NCBI GenBank assembly: GCA_045130275.1
Contig: JBGUPL010000085.1
Coordinates: forward strand, 114-64,113
Direction of reading: 5' to 3'
DNA from: Bacteroidales bacterium
Lineage (GTDB): Bacteria; Bacteroidota; Bacteroidia; Bacteroidales; WCHB1-69
Length of the DNA: 64,000 nt
The stretch's first letter is position 1; each line of letters opens with the position of its first letter. The notes below the pieces were generated by a model. It saw only the letters and a program-made list of their open reading frames with translations. It was not told the DNA's origin and did no database searches. The position numbers were made by a program, and so were the translations under genes. Shown here one piece after another: positions 63,569 to 64,000 of this stretch.

Positions 63569-64000
63569 ATGAATATTTACAAAGCAGACTTGCATACGCA
63601 CACGCTCTTTTCGCCGTGCGGGGATCTGGACATGACGCCGGAGAACATCATCGCGCTCGCGTTGGAGCGGGGCATCGACGTCATCGCCATCACCGACCAC
63701 AACGCCACGCGCCACTGCCGGCTTGCAGAGCACTATTCGCACAACCGCGACATCTTCGTGCTTTGCGGCGCGGAGGTGACCACCAAGGAGGAGGCACACT
63801 GTCTGGCTTATTTCGGCGACCACGAGTCTTTGGACAAGTTCCAGGACTATCTCGACGAACATCTCCCGAATATCCCCAACGATCCCGATTTCTTCGGAGA
63901 CCAAGTGCAGATCGACGAGGAGATGAACATCGTCTATGAGGAACCGAAACTGCTCACCTCAGCCATCGACCAGAATGTCAACCAGATAGCCGACAAGGTG
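63569..64000 (+). CDS. PHP-domain (polymerase/histidinol-phosphatase-like) metal-dependent phosphoesterase; 3' end outside window
   Basis: Hand translation MNIYKADLHTHTLFSPCGDLDMTPENIIALALERGIDVIAITDHN... stays open to base 64000 (144 codons). It is not in the ORF track because no stop is reached. Confidence 0.75.
   Translation, partial: MNIYKADLHTHTLFSPCGDLDMTPENIIALALERGIDVIAITDHNATRHCRLAEHYSHNRDIFVLCGAEVTTKEEAHCLAYFGDHESLDKFQDYLDEHLPNIPNDPDFFGDQVQIDEEMNIVYEEPKLLTSAIDQNVNQIADKV

Noticed and set aside
1-64000. tRNA, rRNA, tmRNA, RNase P or riboswitch candidates in the intergenic regions
   Set aside because: Scanning intergenic sequence by eye, I found no T-arm-like GGTTCGAATCC motifs, no cloverleaf-sized GC-rich blocks and no leader I could match to a known riboswitch. 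This cannot be fully excluded without tRNAscan or Rfam.

Overview
The window reads as a 64-kb chromosomal segment of a Bacteroidota genome, probably Bacteroidales. Evidence for that placement: many exact TAnnTTTG -7 promoter boxes, type IX secretion (T9SS) C-terminal sorting domains, and DUF5686/DUF6029/DUF1573-type genes. All family calls come from reading the translations and from memory; no database search was run. I call about 52 protein-coding genes. I saw no rRNA, tRNA, CRISPR array, transposase, integrase or recognisable phage/defence genes. Most genes are core functions: ftsK, exbB-exbD-tonB, folC, mfd, rng, HU, deoC, asd, mpl, pyrK-pyrD, coaD and tsaC. The rest are envelope or secretion genes: a PorV/PorQ-like protein, two T9SS cargo proteins, and an ECF sigma/anti-sigma/OMP triad. 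The most system-like region is 52.7-63.4 kb. It holds a tightly coupled operon of a dedicated ACP, an LpxL-type acyltransferase, a hotdog dehydratase and a KS, followed by a half-size KS-like protein. A 1080-aa MMPL exporter fused to a PlsC acyltransferase sits on the other side, with an LptD-like gene and an Amidase_3-SPOR gene in between. This resembles the core of aryl-polyene/flexirubin-type clusters but lacks several expected genes, so it may be a minimal, split or distinct envelope-lipid pathway. The non-coding DNA is also unusual. GC-rich REP-like palindromes (GTAGGGGCG...CGCCCCTAC) recur, followed by short tandem arrays of period 7, 8 or 11 bp. These arrays often contain the stop codon of one gene or abut the start or promoter of the next. 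Other non-coding features are a 33-nt element present twice with one compensatory stem change, a 121-bp array of an 11-bp unit in front of a secreted nuclease gene, and a roughly 300-bp C/A-rich tract with all three forward frames open.
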